Positions 31,228 through 41,597 of a stretch of 61,117 nucleotides of DNA are shown one piece after another. The stretch is from a virus. Lineage: Duplodnaviria > Caudoviricetes. The DNA is taken from positions 1-61,117 of the IMG/VR virus record IMGVR_UViG_3300030330_002046. The stretch is one strand, 5' to 3'. How positions within the stretch are numbered: the stretch's first letter is position 1; the number at the start of each line of letters is the position of its first letter. The translations under genes were made by a program, and so were the position numbers. The notes beneath the pieces were generated by a model. The model did not search any database. It saw only the letters and a program-made list of their open reading frames with translations, and was not told the DNA's origin.

Positions 31228-31257
31228 AAAGAGAGTCCGTTTAAACGGACCCTCTTT
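31228..31257 (-). terminator. Terminator-like hairpin after the capsid gene, built on the 16-bp palindrome
   Basis: aaagagagtccgtt-ta-aacggaccctcttt. Confidence 0.7.
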
Positions 31258-31268
31258 TATTTATCATC

Positions 31269-32666
31269 TTATTGCTCGAATAAGAAGAAGTTGTTTGCAC
31301 CCATAGTACAACAAGCTCTCTCAGATAGGAAGTGAACTTCCATAGCATCTAAGTCAGAGTTCATAGCACCACCGGCAGAACCTATCATCCACGTCTTGTA
31401 ACGTCTGTCTTCAGTTTCTGAAGCTCGGTAACGTACGTGTAAGAATGGACGCTTAGCGTTTTTACCTAACACTTGGTCATACACAGTAGTAGAACCTGCA
31501 GGTACTAATAATCCATTGATACGCCCTGAACCTGAATTAGTACTCATGTTACCTCTCATTGTAGGGTCATTTAGGTATTTCCAATCAGACTTGTAGAAGT
31601 CATAACCTCTACGGAATCCTGAGAATCCTAAGTTAAGTGCCATATCTCGGTCATTGTCAAATAGACCGTAAGATGTACCACCATCACCATAAGAGTTTTG
31701 AGCAGCTAACATATCGTCAATGTCAAAAGAGAACTGACGGTCAACGAAAAGAACATTCTCTTCGATAGCTCCTTGCTTATCTAAACGCTGAACAATAGTG
31801 TCAAAGTTTGTTAATGAAGAAGGGTTAGCACCTGACCATAAGTTACCTCTAGTTCCAACAACATGGAATATACCGTCTGTACCATCAGCTAAGGCAGCAT
31901 TAGTTGTGTTAGCCATAGGAACTGCTTCTAACATAGCTGTTTCTAGGTAGTCGTCAAAACGTAAACGAGTTTCGTGCTCTGACTTTAAGTACCATAGGTA
32001 ACCTGTTGCACCATTCTCAGTAGTTACTTCAACCCAACCAATTTGAGCCATATCAGAACCTGATACTGCGTACTTATCTTTAATGATAATTGGCTTACAC
32101 TCAAAAATGTTGTCTTCAGCTTCTAAAGAACCTGACATACCCGAAGTACCTTTTCCAAACTCAGAACCGTAAACAAATACACTTAAAGTATCATTAGAAG
32201 CAAATGTTTGACCGGTTGATTCATAGTAAGCAACATCAAATGTTTTAGCACCTGAAGCAACAGCAGTTACAATAGCTTTGTTACCACCTGCACCATCGTT
32301 GTCATAGATGTAAACAGTTTGACCTACACGTATAGCTTGCTCACCATTTGCTGCTACAGCAGCATCTGAAATAGTAATTTGAGCTGTAGGTTGACCTGCA
32401 GCTTGGTCTGAACCACAATCAACGTATTTTGTATGTAAACGACCTTGCTCAGCCCACTTAATAAGGTCTGAGTTAGAAGGCATCTCTGCACCTACCATAC
32501 GTAAGAAAGAAGAAACTGAACGATTTCCGTAACGCTCAAATTCTTTCTCATAGGTGTCAGGCAAATATTGACTTAAAAAGTCAAAGTTAGTAATATAATT
32601 ACTAGCCAACGCTGTTTGCGTTGAACTTGGAGTTAAATTAAACCCCGGACTTGCTAATACTGACAT
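31269..32666 (-). CDS. Major capsid protein
   Basis: 465 aa; IKWAEQGRLH, FLSERACCTMGANNF; follows the scaffold-like gene and precedes a terminator. Confidence 0.8.
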   Translation of the reverse strand: MSVLASPGFNLTPSSTQTALASNYITNFDFLSQYLPDTYEKEFERYGNRSVSSFLRMVGAEMPSNSDLIKWAEQGRLHTKYVDCGSDQAAGQPTAQITISDAAVAANGEQAIRVGQTVYIYDNDGAGGNKAIVTAVASGAKTFDVAYYESTGQTFASNDTLSVFVYGSEFGKGTSGMSGSLEAEDNIFECKPIIIKDKYAVSGSDMAQIGWVEVTTENGATGYLWYLKSEHETRLRFDDYLETAMLEAVPMANTTNAALADGTDGIFHVVGTRGNLWSGANPSSLTNFDTIVQRLDKQGAIEENVLFVDRQFSFDIDDMLAAQNSYGDGGTSYGLFDNDRDMALNLGFSGFRRGYDFYKSDWKYLNDPTMRGNMSTNSGSGRINGLLVPAGSTTVYDQVLGKNAKRPFLHVRYRASETEDRRYKTWMIGSAGGAMNSDLDAMEVHFLSERACCTMGANNFFLFEQ

Positions 32667-32691
32667 AATTTGTCTTTTTAAATATTAAAAA

Positions 32692-33804
32692 TTATTTTCT
32701 ACTTCTAATCTTTAAACCACGACCTGAGTCATTATTTAAAGACCTATATGTTGTTCCTGATTTAGGAGTCGATGCAGGAGCATTACGAGTAGTCATATTA
32801 ATATTTTTAGTCTTTCTCATAACATCTTCTGTTGCACTTGACCGACCTTGCTCATAAAAAAACTGAGCAAACTTTTCAGGATTCATTGCAACCGCTAGAG
32901 CTCTATGGTATCCTACAGCGTCATTCATCAAGCCGTTTTCATCTAAGTATTTATTTACAAAATTCATAGGTGAAAGCTGAGCTTTCTTAATTTCTTCTGC
33001 ACTACCGGGATTAAAAGTAATTTTGTCTTCTCCAATACTGAACTCAAAACCTTTGAACTCTTGGTTAAAAACTTCATCTGTCTTCTTGGTAAACCATTCA
33101 GACTTTCTTTTAGTTTCCTCTTGCTGTGTAGCAGCATCATTTATATATTGCTTGTATGCTTCAAACTCTTTCTTCTCAGCATCCGACATACCGCTATCTC
33201 TTGACTCAAGAGGTTGCTTATACATATCTTTTTGCTGATTGAAATAGCTTTTAGCTTTTGCAATCATTTTTTTCTTTGCTAACTTCTTTTTTCTAATTTC
33301 TGATTCTTCATCAATATCATTATCGAAAGAATAATCTTCCATAAGCATATCAATATCTTCATCATCTAAACCTTCTTCAGTAGCTTTTAAATATTCTTTT
33401 AGCAAAGCATCAGGATTCATATCATCAAAATTACGTTGTAACTTAACATAATCTTCGATACCTCTTCCTGTTTCTTTTTTGTACTTAAAATAAGCAGCTA
33501 CATCCTCAGGTAATTCATCTTGAGTTTCTCTCTCAGCAAACAAATCATCTATAGATGTAATCTCCTTATTATATCTATTTCTAATATGTGAAAGAACTTG
33601 CTCTTCTGTGAGCTCTATTTCTTGAGGTTCTTCTTGAACCTCTTCTTTTACTTCTGACTCAACAACAGGAGCTTCTTCATTTGAAACTTCTTCCTTAGGT
33701 GAATCATCATTTAAACTTTCTTCGTGCTTTTTTAAAAGCTCCTCTTCAACTTGTTGAACTGATTTTTCTTCAACTTGTCCGAGGTCTCTAACTTTAATTT
33801 CCAT
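32692..33804 (-). CDS. Putative capsid scaffolding protein
   Basis: Acidic helical protein directly upstream of the capsid gene; TAACTTTG element at 33824-33831. Confidence 0.65.
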   Translation of the reverse strand: MEIKVRDLGQVEEKSVQQVEEELLKKHEESLNDDSPKEEVSNEEAPVVESEVKEEVQEEPQEIELTEEQVLSHIRNRYNKEITSIDDLFAERETQDELPEDVAAYFKYKKETGRGIEDYVKLQRNFDDMNPDALLKEYLKATEEGLDDEDIDMLMEDYSFDNDIDEESEIRKKKLAKKKMIAKAKSYFNQQKDMYKQPLESRDSGMSDAEKKEFEAYKQYINDAATQQEETKRKSEWFTKKTDEVFNQEFKGFEFSIGEDKITFNPGSAEEIKKAQLSPMNFVNKYLDENGLMNDAVGYHRALAVAMNPEKFAQFFYEQGRSSATEDVMRKTKNINMTTRNAPASTPKSGTTYRSLNNDSGRGLKIRSRK

Positions 33805-33843
33805 TTGATTTAATTTAGTTATGCAAAGTTAAACAAAATTTAT

Positions 33844-34098
33844 TTATCTTTTAGACGTGTATTTTTTAGTAACCTTACCCGCCTTAGTGTTAGGTACAAA
33901 CTGCTTTTTACCTCCACTTCTTTTCTTTTTCTTAGCAGTCGCAGCTCTTTCAGCTTTTGACATACTTCTAGCTTTTGCTAGTGGTAGACATCTGTCAGGA
34001 TTCTTTTTATTTTTACTAGTACCACAAGCTCCTTTTATAGAGCCATCAGTTCCAATACGAACCCATTTTTCTTCTCTCCATTTTTTTAATTCGCCCAT
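33844..34098 (-). CDS. Small basic protein
   Basis: LKKWREEKWV...CG...RCLPLAKA; Lys/Arg-rich. Confidence 0.7.
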   Translation of the reverse strand: MGELKKWREEKWVRIGTDGSIKGACGTSKNKKNPDRCLPLAKARSMSKAERAATAKKKKRSGGKKQFVPNTKAGKVTKKYTSKR

Positions 34099-34100
34099 AA

Positions 34101-34286
34101 TTATTTTAAAAGACCTGCTTGTTTATATGCTTTCTTTAAAGACTTTTTAGGCAGTTCATTTATATGATAAACATACACACTATTTTTTGTATGATTTTTA
34201 CCTGACATAAGTTTGCCTTTGCCATCTTTATGAGTCAATCCTTTATAGATTGTTCCATCTTTTTTAAAGTGAGGTACTCCTTTCAT
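34101..34286 (-). CDS. Small basic protein
   Basis: HFKKDGT.YKG.THK...LMSGKNH. Confidence 0.65.
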   Translation of the reverse strand: MKGVPHFKKDGTIYKGLTHKDGKGKLMSGKNHTKNSVYVYHINELPKKSLKKAYKQAGLLK

Positions 34287-34287
34287 A

Positions 34288-34449
34288 TTAATAAGATTTT
34301 TTTTCTTTTCCGTAACCCGGGTTATTTCTTAAACTTCCACTCATTTGATTTGCAAAAGAGTTAGCTTGAGCTTTACCTGTTGCACTGTAAGGAAATTTTT
34401 TTGTTTTCATCTTATTAGTTACCGGACATTTGTACTTAACTGTAGGCAT
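34288..34449 (-). CDS. Small basic protein (53 aa; not in ORF track)
   Basis: MPTVKYKCPVTNKMKTKKFPYSATGKAQA...; tightly packed with neighbours. Confidence 0.6.
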   Translation of the reverse strand: MPTVKYKCPVTNKMKTKKFPYSATGKAQANSFANQMSGSLRNNPGYGKEKKSY

Positions 34450-34552
34450 TTTTTTTCTTTTTTCTTAGTTTAACGAAATCTGACTTGGTAATTTTATCGT
34501 AAGGCTTAGTAAGCTTAGCAATTTTCTTTTGTCTATTAGTAAGTTTACTCAT
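34436..34552 (-). CDS. Small basic protein (38 aa; not in ORF track)
   Basis: MSKLTNRQKKIAKLTKPYDKITKSDFVKLRKKKKNAYS; TAATG coupling. Confidence 0.55.
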   Translation of the reverse strand: MSKLTNRQKKIAKLTKPYDKITKSDFVKLRKKKKNAYS

Positions 34553-34707
34553 TATTTTTTGGATTTTTTAGCGTAGTTAGGGTCTTTACAATATTTACTT
34601 GCAGCCATATTTGCATATGCTGAAGGGTATTTATCGAATGTTCTTTTAGCCCAAGCTATTCCCGCAGGGCATATCTTATTTCCTTTTGTTCTTCCTTTAG
34701 TAGCCAT
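34552..34707 (-). CDS. Small basic protein (51 aa; not in ORF track)
   Basis: MATKGRTKGNKICPAGIAWAKRTFDKYPSAYANMAASKYCK...; TAATG coupled to the portal stop. Confidence 0.65.
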   Translation of the reverse strand: MATKGRTKGNKICPAGIAWAKRTFDKYPSAYANMAASKYCKDPNYAKKSKK

Positions 34708-37142
34708 TATCGTGGGTTAAATTCTGAAAAATCAAATCCATCTAAAGAATCTTCATTTGACTCAAAGTTCTTAGGAGGTAGATTGTTTTTTCTTTGGTTT
34801 ATTAATTGACTCTGCTGAGTATTTTGCTGACTAATTCTTTCGCTTTTAGCCTTTTCTCTTTTACTCTCTCTTTGGCTTAATGCTTGCTCATCAATACCTC
34901 TTAGTTGCATATTAAGCTGAAACTCTTTATCCATAAGTTGAGTTTTAAGCATAGCCTCGTTTTTCATCTTTTCAATTTCAAAAGCAATCTCTGCTTGTTT
35001 AAGCTGCATCTTAGCTTGCGACTCAGCTTGAACTTTTTGCATGGCTGTTTTTGCTGCCAATTCTTGAGACTTTAATTGTTGCTGAGCTGTTATAGCTTGC
35101 TTTTGCATAGCCATCTTTTCATCTCTTTCTTGCTTTTTAATTCTCTTAACCTTAAGTAATTGATTAGCAAGTTTAATATTTCTAAGTTCTCTTATATCAA
35201 TAGCATCCTCTAAATTAATATCCTGTTTAGATAATGCCATCTGTATATTCTGTTCTAGCTGAGCTCTTTCTTCTTCATCAGGAGAAACTTCTATAAATAT
35301 ACCAAAGTCATATAAATATAAATCTTTTATATCTTTTAATATAGATACATTGTATTTACCTATTTGATTTATAAACTCATCTTTAAAATCAGCATACTCT
35401 AAAATATCAGAAACTCTGTAAGTCAAAGCTTCAGCAATACTTCTATATATGTATAAGCTACCATCAAGAATGTGTCTTGTAGCAGTATTTGAATTAAGTG
35501 CTGCTAACTTCTGAATACCTACTAAAGAGTTAGGGTCAGGAGTTGAACCATCTCTAGCCTCATTAAGACCGGTTACGGCTCTAATCATACCTAAGTAATG
35601 ATTGTAGTTGTTAATAAGCATATTTGCTTTACTTGCACCTGAGTTTGATGTTAATTGTTGAATAGGAATTTTACCTTGATTGTATTCACCATCTTGAGTA
35701 TAGCTTCTACCAATTACACTACCTGTTTGGAAATACAAACGTAGTGCATCTTCAGGATTATAAGAACCACCTGTACCTAAATCAACTTCATTTAATCCGT
35801 CAGCATCTATATATACACCATCAGGTACTGTTCTAGCAATAACCTGTTGAAGCTTTAAGTGTGTTATCTGTATTAAGTCTGCAAAAGGAATCATACGTCT
35901 TACTAAAGACTCAATATTACCTTTATACATACGAGGAGCTACTGCAACATAATTAGGAATAGCGTGTTGACTTGCTGATTTAGGTCTTACCATATTCTCA
36001 GCCATATCCCACTTAAGTATTATGTTAGTACCCATAACCATAACACCCTCATACCAAACATCAATAGTTTTTTCCATCTTCTCAAAGTTGCCCTCTTCCA
36101 TCATTTCCGTAGGAGGATTGAATTGGTCATCTTTTTCTATCATCTTAGAATTACCATTATCATATACTTTTTTCTTATAAACCATCTTCTTAGTTGTTTT
36201 ATAATTAAAGTACATAACAGTAGCTGTATCTTTATAAAAGATATCGTTCTGTTGAAACTGAGCTGTATTATAATAATTGTACCAACTTTGAGAGTATTTA
36301 GATATTTTTTCTAAATCTTCATTAGTTAATGTTGGGTCTATTTTTTTTAATTCTACAATAGGGAGTGTTTTTACCTCACCCCAATAAAAACAATCTTTAA
36401 AATGAGGGTCTTCAGTATAGCTATATACAACATTTGCAGGGTCAACATAATCAACTTTAACTCCCGCTCCCGGTAAAAATTCATGCTTTGCAATACCTAA
36501 ACCTAAAACTGTTAGGTCATAGTCAAATCTTTTTCTAAGGTCTGAATATTTATTATCTGCTAAAAGAGTGTTAATAGCTTCTTCTTCAGCTATCTCTATA
36601 GCAGGTTTATAATTAAGGTTCATGTATAATGAAAGCTCTTCATCATTTTCAGGTAAATCATCGGGGTCCATAGTAAATGGATTTACACCGGAATTTTCTT
36701 TTATAGTGGTAAGAATATCCTTAGCTACCATTTGACCTTGTATCATATCTTGATACTTACTTCTTTTTGATTGAGACATAGCGTCTTCAGCGTATGCACT
36801 AACCTTAAACATTCGGTCCTGCATACCATTAACAACAATATCAACAAACTTTGGTAAAATAGGAACAGGAGTCCAATCAAGGTTTAAATAAGAAAGGTCA
36901 CCATCTACTGCAAGCTCATTTTTATACTTGCCAATTGATTGCTCTCCACGAGCATATAATCGTAACCTATGAAAATCTCTAAATTGGTCGTAATACCTAC
37001 AAGAACCACCATCTCTTTTAAACCACTCATATTGAATAGCCTGACCTATCTGAAGCCCAAATTCTTTTGTAGCTTTTTCAGAATCAGAAACAAATTGACT
37101 TGGAAATCCTGAAGGTGATATGTTAACATTTACCTCTTCCAT
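34707..37142 (-). CDS. Portal protein
   Basis: 811 aa directly after terminase; PILPKFVDIVVNGM, TGLNEARDG, C-terminal coiled-coil barrel. Confidence 0.8.
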   Translation of the reverse strand: MEEVNVNISPSGFPSQFVSDSEKATKEFGLQIGQAIQYEWFKRDGGSCRYYDQFRDFHRLRLYARGEQSIGKYKNELAVDGDLSYLNLDWTPVPILPKFVDIVVNGMQDRMFKVSAYAEDAMSQSKRSKYQDMIQGQMVAKDILTTIKENSGVNPFTMDPDDLPENDEELSLYMNLNYKPAIEIAEEEAINTLLADNKYSDLRKRFDYDLTVLGLGIAKHEFLPGAGVKVDYVDPANVVYSYTEDPHFKDCFYWGEVKTLPIVELKKIDPTLTNEDLEKISKYSQSWYNYYNTAQFQQNDIFYKDTATVMYFNYKTTKKMVYKKKVYDNGNSKMIEKDDQFNPPTEMMEEGNFEKMEKTIDVWYEGVMVMGTNIILKWDMAENMVRPKSASQHAIPNYVAVAPRMYKGNIESLVRRMIPFADLIQITHLKLQQVIARTVPDGVYIDADGLNEVDLGTGGSYNPEDALRLYFQTGSVIGRSYTQDGEYNQGKIPIQQLTSNSGASKANMLINNYNHYLGMIRAVTGLNEARDGSTPDPNSLVGIQKLAALNSNTATRHILDGSLYIYRSIAEALTYRVSDILEYADFKDEFINQIGKYNVSILKDIKDLYLYDFGIFIEVSPDEEERAQLEQNIQMALSKQDINLEDAIDIRELRNIKLANQLLKVKRIKKQERDEKMAMQKQAITAQQQLKSQELAAKTAMQKVQAESQAKMQLKQAEIAFEIEKMKNEAMLKTQLMDKEFQLNMQLRGIDEQALSQRESKREKAKSERISQQNTQQSQLINQRKNNLPPKNFESNEDSLDGFDFSEFNPR

Positions 37143-37145
37143 TTA

Positions 37146-39389
37146 TTATATTAATTCACTTATTGAACCTTTGTTGTTGTATCTTGCAAAGGTAACACTT
37201 ATTTTTGACTGTTTTTGTTCGGGTTGATATAACTGCTTCTGATTAGCCATAATAGCTAAACCTGAACTAATAGACGCATCAAACTTTGTTCTATTTGTAA
37301 TATCAAATTTTGCCCAATCTTCTAGCGTTCTCATAAATGGCATACTACCCATATCATCAGGGTCTCTATATGTACCACTTAAATCAATGCCTACATATTT
37401 TTCTATGTAAGACTCTATAGCTGCAGCGTGTGCTTGTTTTACATCTTCAGATGAGTTAGGTATACCACCTAACTCTTTTTCTGTCTTAGAAAGCTTGTTA
37501 TACACCTTGTCAGGTCTATTCATAGAGTAACCCCTATAACCTCTATTTTTAAAATGATAAAGTAATCTAGGTTTGTTGTTCTCACAAAGAAGAGGCATTC
37601 CGTAAAACACGCAAGCCATAAGAACATCTTCAAAAAATATTTCTGCCGTCTGAGGTCTTGCTATATATTCTAAGAAAAACTCATTACTAGGAGCTTCATC
37701 CATATTAAATTTTGTAAGACCGTGAAGAGCACCATTAGAACCTTTACCTCCTACAGTACCTGATATATCATAAGAGTCACAACCAAAAGAACCTATATGT
37801 TCATTTGCCGGGTACTTCATACCTCTTTTAGAAATAAACTTGTTTTGTAAATTTTTATTTGGCATCCAACTAATTAAAAACCTACCCCTCTTATCAGGAC
37901 TAAAAACAACTTCAGTATCTTTTTGTCCATTCTTCCAATGAAAAGAACCTCTTGTAACATGACGTTCCAATATTAAAGAGTCATTGTAATCTATTTGTTG
38001 GTATATTTTTGTTAAGTTAAATAATGCTTGTTTACTTTCATCTCTAAATGCGTGAGACTCTGTTCTAGGAAATTGTCTATAAAATTCATTCAAAGCATCA
38101 GCATCGTTTTTTAACGACTCTACTTCAGCTTCCCAATAGTCAACAGCACCATTATCAATCATTTCATTATCAACACCTAACAAAGGTTTAGATGGTTTCT
38201 TAAATACAGGCATTCCATATCTATCTATAAATCCTTCCATATTCCATTCCATAGGAATAAACAAGGCATACATACCACTTTTAGTTTGACCATTAGAGTT
38301 TCTTTCTAAAACATTTGAATCTTCGTATAGCTTTTTAAAATTACTACCACCCTTACTTAATGCGTTAGATGTAGAACCCATCATACATTTACCTATAATC
38401 TTACTACCTAGTCTTAAACAAGTTTTAGTAACCCTCCAATTGTTTAATATATTGTTAGGCTTTATCCACTTACCACTCTCATCGTGAACTAATAATAAAA
38501 GTTTTTCACCATCATAAGAGTTGTCATCTGTGTTTTTCCAATCTATTGTAGTATCAAGACCTTCAAGCTCTTCCGATTCATTTTCATACATATTCTTTTT
38601 TGTAATCTTAGATGCAGGAATCCTAAAAGCTAATTCAGTTTTAGGTTTATCCATACCATCCATAATAGGTTTAAAAAAGAAAGGTAGCCTACTATTTATA
38701 GGTACTACTTTATCTGTAAACATTTTCTTAGCATCACTACCTGTTTTAGATAATATACCTACTCTTGAGTCACGTGCTAATGTACCTGTATTTACCGCTT
38801 CTGATGAACCCATAAAAGAAAAACCTGAACGTCTTATTTTTAAGTAGGTCATTCCAAAAGACCTTTTATCAGCTTTACAAGCTTCCCAAAAAATAAAAAA
38901 TATTCTATTAGCTTCACGGTAGTCAGGATAACCAACGTCAATTGAAGTCCATTGAAGATACATATAATGAGAGCCGGTTATATAAACAGGGTCGCCACAG
39001 TTCATAAACCAATAACCATCTTCTCTTCTATCAAATTCATTTTCAACATAATCAACCCACCTATCTTTAAACGAAGACGGCATCTCATTCCATTGAAATA
39101 TTGAATTTATTTTACTAAGTTCTTTTGGATAAATTTTTCTTTCCCAATACTGCTCTTTTCTTATATCACTACGTTTATAAACATTTTTGGGTTTTAATGG
39201 TAGCCCTATCTTTAAACCTGATATTTCTACAATTTCACCTACTTGACCGGTTTTAGATATGTTAACAAAGTCATACTCCTGATTATATCCATACAGCCAA
39301 CTCTTATTATTATTTTTTTTAGTAAGAGGTCTATTCGGTATATATTCAGGTATTACTCTATAAAGTTTATTTTGACCTTCGTTCTGCAA
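37146..39389 (-). CDS. Terminase large subunit
   Basis: LKIRRSGFS (Walker A variant), LLVHDESGK (Walker B), MMGST, nuclease GCDSYD, CENN, FDASISSG. Confidence 0.9.
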   Translation of the reverse strand: MQNEGQNKLYRVIPEYIPNRPLTKKNNNKSWLYGYNQEYDFVNISKTGQVGEIVEISGLKIGLPLKPKNVYKRSDIRKEQYWERKIYPKELSKINSIFQWNEMPSSFKDRWVDYVENEFDRREDGYWFMNCGDPVYITGSHYMYLQWTSIDVGYPDYREANRIFFIFWEACKADKRSFGMTYLKIRRSGFSFMGSSEAVNTGTLARDSRVGILSKTGSDAKKMFTDKVVPINSRLPFFFKPIMDGMDKPKTELAFRIPASKITKKNMYENESEELEGLDTTIDWKNTDDNSYDGEKLLLLVHDESGKWIKPNNILNNWRVTKTCLRLGSKIIGKCMMGSTSNALSKGGSNFKKLYEDSNVLERNSNGQTKSGMYALFIPMEWNMEGFIDRYGMPVFKKPSKPLLGVDNEMIDNGAVDYWEAEVESLKNDADALNEFYRQFPRTESHAFRDESKQALFNLTKIYQQIDYNDSLILERHVTRGSFHWKNGQKDTEVVFSPDKRGRFLISWMPNKNLQNKFISKRGMKYPANEHIGSFGCDSYDISGTVGGKGSNGALHGLTKFNMDEAPSNEFFLEYIARPQTAEIFFEDVLMACVFYGMPLLCENNKPRLLYHFKNRGYRGYSMNRPDKVYNKLSKTEKELGGIPNSSEDVKQAHAAAIESYIEKYVGIDLSGTYRDPDDMGSMPFMRTLEDWAKFDITNRTKFDASISSGLAIMANQKQLYQPEQKQSKISVTFARYNNKGSISELI

Positions 39390-39651
39390 ATCCTTGTTTA
39401 GTATCAGTTTTGTTTCGACCTTTTGATTCTATTAAAAGATTTTCTTCTTCTAAATCAATACGCTTTAATATTTCAAAAGCATCAAATATTGCAAGCTTTT
39501 TTGTTGCTGCAGCATTTTTTAATCTATCTGCTGCTAATTCATCTTCAGGGTCAGGTTTTATAATTTCTTCCTTAGCAACTTTTATAAGTTGAGATACAGC
39601 TCTACGACCTGCTTTTATTATTTCTTCTTTTAATTCTTTAGATGAACTCAT
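39367..39651 (-). CDS. Possible terminase small subunit
   Basis: 94-aa helical protein overlapping the TerL start; positional only. Confidence 0.4.
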   Translation of the reverse strand: MSSSKELKEEIIKAGRRAVSQLIKVAKEEIIKPDPEDELAADRLKNAAATKKLAIFDAFEILKRIDLEEENLLIESKGRNKTDTKQGFAERRSK

Positions 39652-40214
39652 GACATTTTAATTGTTATATTACTGTCATACATTCTATATAAAACTTGAC
39701 CATCTACATAAAACTCGTATTCACTATCAGGTTGAAATATTACTGTATCACCTGACTTTATTCCTTGAGATTTTAAATAATCATTAGGATAAACTATTTC
39801 TCCTGTCAAAGGCTCATACCTACCACTTTTAGAAAGAAAGCTTTCTTTTTTTTCTATAGGTTTTACAAAACAATACTTATCAAAAGTAATCCAATCATTA
39901 TCTTTTTTGTATAAAAAAAATTGACCTTCATCTATAAAAAATAAATTATCCTTAAAGTAACTTTTACCACTTTGTCTTCTTCCTTTCATATCATTATAAA
40001 ATTTAAAAACATTGTGATGAACTAAAAGAATATCTCCTTTACTAATAGGTCCTGAATAATTTATTGGAGTTTCTACTACAACAGCTTCTCTGTTAGAAAA
40101 CTTATGGTCTTCTTCAGAAGTACTTACAACAAACTCAATACCACCTATTGACTTTGTGTTTGTATACCTTTTACCTTGTAAAGGCTCTACTATAAAACTA
40201 TATGGAGATTTCAT
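39648..40214 (-). CDS. Tandem GroES-like co-chaperonin domain protein
   Basis: Two repeats of FIV.P...(A/G).VV...I..GD.(L/V)(L/I) with mobile-loop-like segments. Confidence 0.6.
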   Translation of the reverse strand: MKSPYSFIVEPLQGKRYTNTKSIGGIEFVVSTSEEDHKFSNREAVVVETPINYSGPISKGDILLVHHNVFKFYNDMKGRRQSGKSYFKDNLFFIDEGQFFLYKKDNDWITFDKYCFVKPIEKKESFLSKSGRYEPLTGEIVYPNDYLKSQGIKSGDTVIFQPDSEYEFYVDGQVLYRMYDSNITIKMS

Positions 40215-40342
40215 TACGACTCAGAATCTTCAGAATTTTCTTCTTCTTCTTCTAAGTCTACAATCCAAGAGTCAAAGGTGTTGTCTCTTGCCTCATCAGC
40301 TCTTTTAAGTTCTTTAAGAGCTTCATTTTGGTCTTTACTCAT
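40214..40342 (-). CDS. Small acidic protein (42 aa; not in ORF track)
   Basis: MSKDQNEALKELKRADEARDNTFDSWIVDLEEEEENSEDSES; TAATG coupling. Confidence 0.55.
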   Translation of the reverse strand: MSKDQNEALKELKRADEARDNTFDSWIVDLEEEEENSEDSES

Positions 40343-40343
40343 T

Positions 40344-40565
40344 TTAAAAATTTATATTATATTCTATTGAAATTGGTATGTTATGATTGAACTCCTTCCA
40401 AAGAACAATCTCATCATTTTTTATAATCCATATTCTTACAGAAGAATCATGCTCTTGTCGTATTAAATGAATTTTATAGTTTCCATTTAAAATAGTTTGA
40501 CCTACAATGTAGTGCATAGCACTTCCTTTGTAATCAGCACCTATTGATATTTTTCTAATATCCAC
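40344..40565 (-). CDS. Hypothetical protein
   Basis: IRKISIGADYKGSAMHYIVGQ; 73 aa. Confidence 0.7.
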   Translation of the reverse strand: MDIRKISIGADYKGSAMHYIVGQTILNGNYKIHLIRQEHDSSVRIWIIKNDEIVLWKEFNHNIPISIEYNINF

Positions 40566-41563
40566 TAATTTATTTTAATTATTTGTATAGCCGCTGAAGG
40601 AACTCCACTGAAACCTGTAGTTCCTGTAGGTCTGTTAACTAAAGCTGTTCTAAATTGACCCGGATTAGGAGCATTGCTATAAATACTACCCGACCAATAA
40701 AACTGAAGATTAGTATTTTCAGCAATATTATAAAATGGATATTCTTGTATTAATGTTTGTGCAGGGTCAAAATCAGTTGCGTCAAAAAATACAGTATTTT
40801 GAACAGTATTAAAAGCTTGAGTTCCATCTTTTTCTACTGTAAAATAATAATCTATATGACGGTCTGATGCAGATGTCTGAATAGAACCACAATTTATAGC
40901 TACTCTAACTGAATAACTTCCGGCAGTTAAAATGTTAATAGTTCCGTTTGCTTCTAAATCAATATCAGTATTTGTAATTGCAGAACCAAAGCTAACTTGA
41001 GTTTTTGTACTAGCTGCAGTTAATTCTTGGTCAGAAAAATTTTGTGTGTCAAGAACAAGTGTTGGTGTTGGTACTATTAAATCTTTAACACCTTGTAAAG
41101 TAAAATGTTGATTTGGAACTTGTGGACTAGCTACATCAGTTGCAAATATTTTATCTGTTAATGCAGGAGCTTGAAGTCCTGTTACAGGTAATATTGCATT
41201 TTTAACGCCATCAATAGTAAAAGTTCGGTCTGCAATTCTTGGATTAGCTTCTGATGGATTAGCAGCAAATAATCTATCTGATAATGTAGCTGACCCTGCT
41301 GTTGTTTGAGGTATTATTGTATCCCTAACACCTTCAAGTGTAAAATTTCTATTTGGTGTACGTGGATTACCTGAATCATTACTTCCAAATACTTTATCTG
41401 TAAGTGCCGGTGTTTCTGTTGTTGTTTCAGGCAGTATTGTATTTTTAACGCTTTCTACTGTAAAATTTTTAGTTGCGTTAGTTGGATTACCATTAGCATC
41501 TGAACCTATAAGTTTATCTGTAAGGGCAGGAGTGGCTGTTGTATATGAACTAATCTTAGGCAT
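40565..41563 (-). CDS. Putative fibre/structural protein with four ~40-aa repeats
   Basis: PALTDK......NFT.EGV...I.P four times, then a beta-sandwich C-terminus; TATCTTTG at 41585-41592. Confidence 0.55.
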   Translation of the reverse strand: MPKISSYTTATPALTDKLIGSDANGNPTNATKNFTVESVKNTILPETTTETPALTDKVFGSNDSGNPRTPNRNFTLEGVRDTIIPQTTAGSATLSDRLFAANPSEANPRIADRTFTIDGVKNAILPVTGLQAPALTDKIFATDVASPQVPNQHFTLQGVKDLIVPTPTLVLDTQNFSDQELTAASTKTQVSFGSAITNTDIDLEANGTINILTAGSYSVRVAINCGSIQTSASDRHIDYYFTVEKDGTQAFNTVQNTVFFDATDFDPAQTLIQEYPFYNIAENTNLQFYWSGSIYSNAPNPGQFRTALVNRPTGTTGFSGVPSAAIQIIKIN

Positions 41564-41597
41564 AGGTTTCTTTTTTTGTTATTGCAAAGATAATAAA

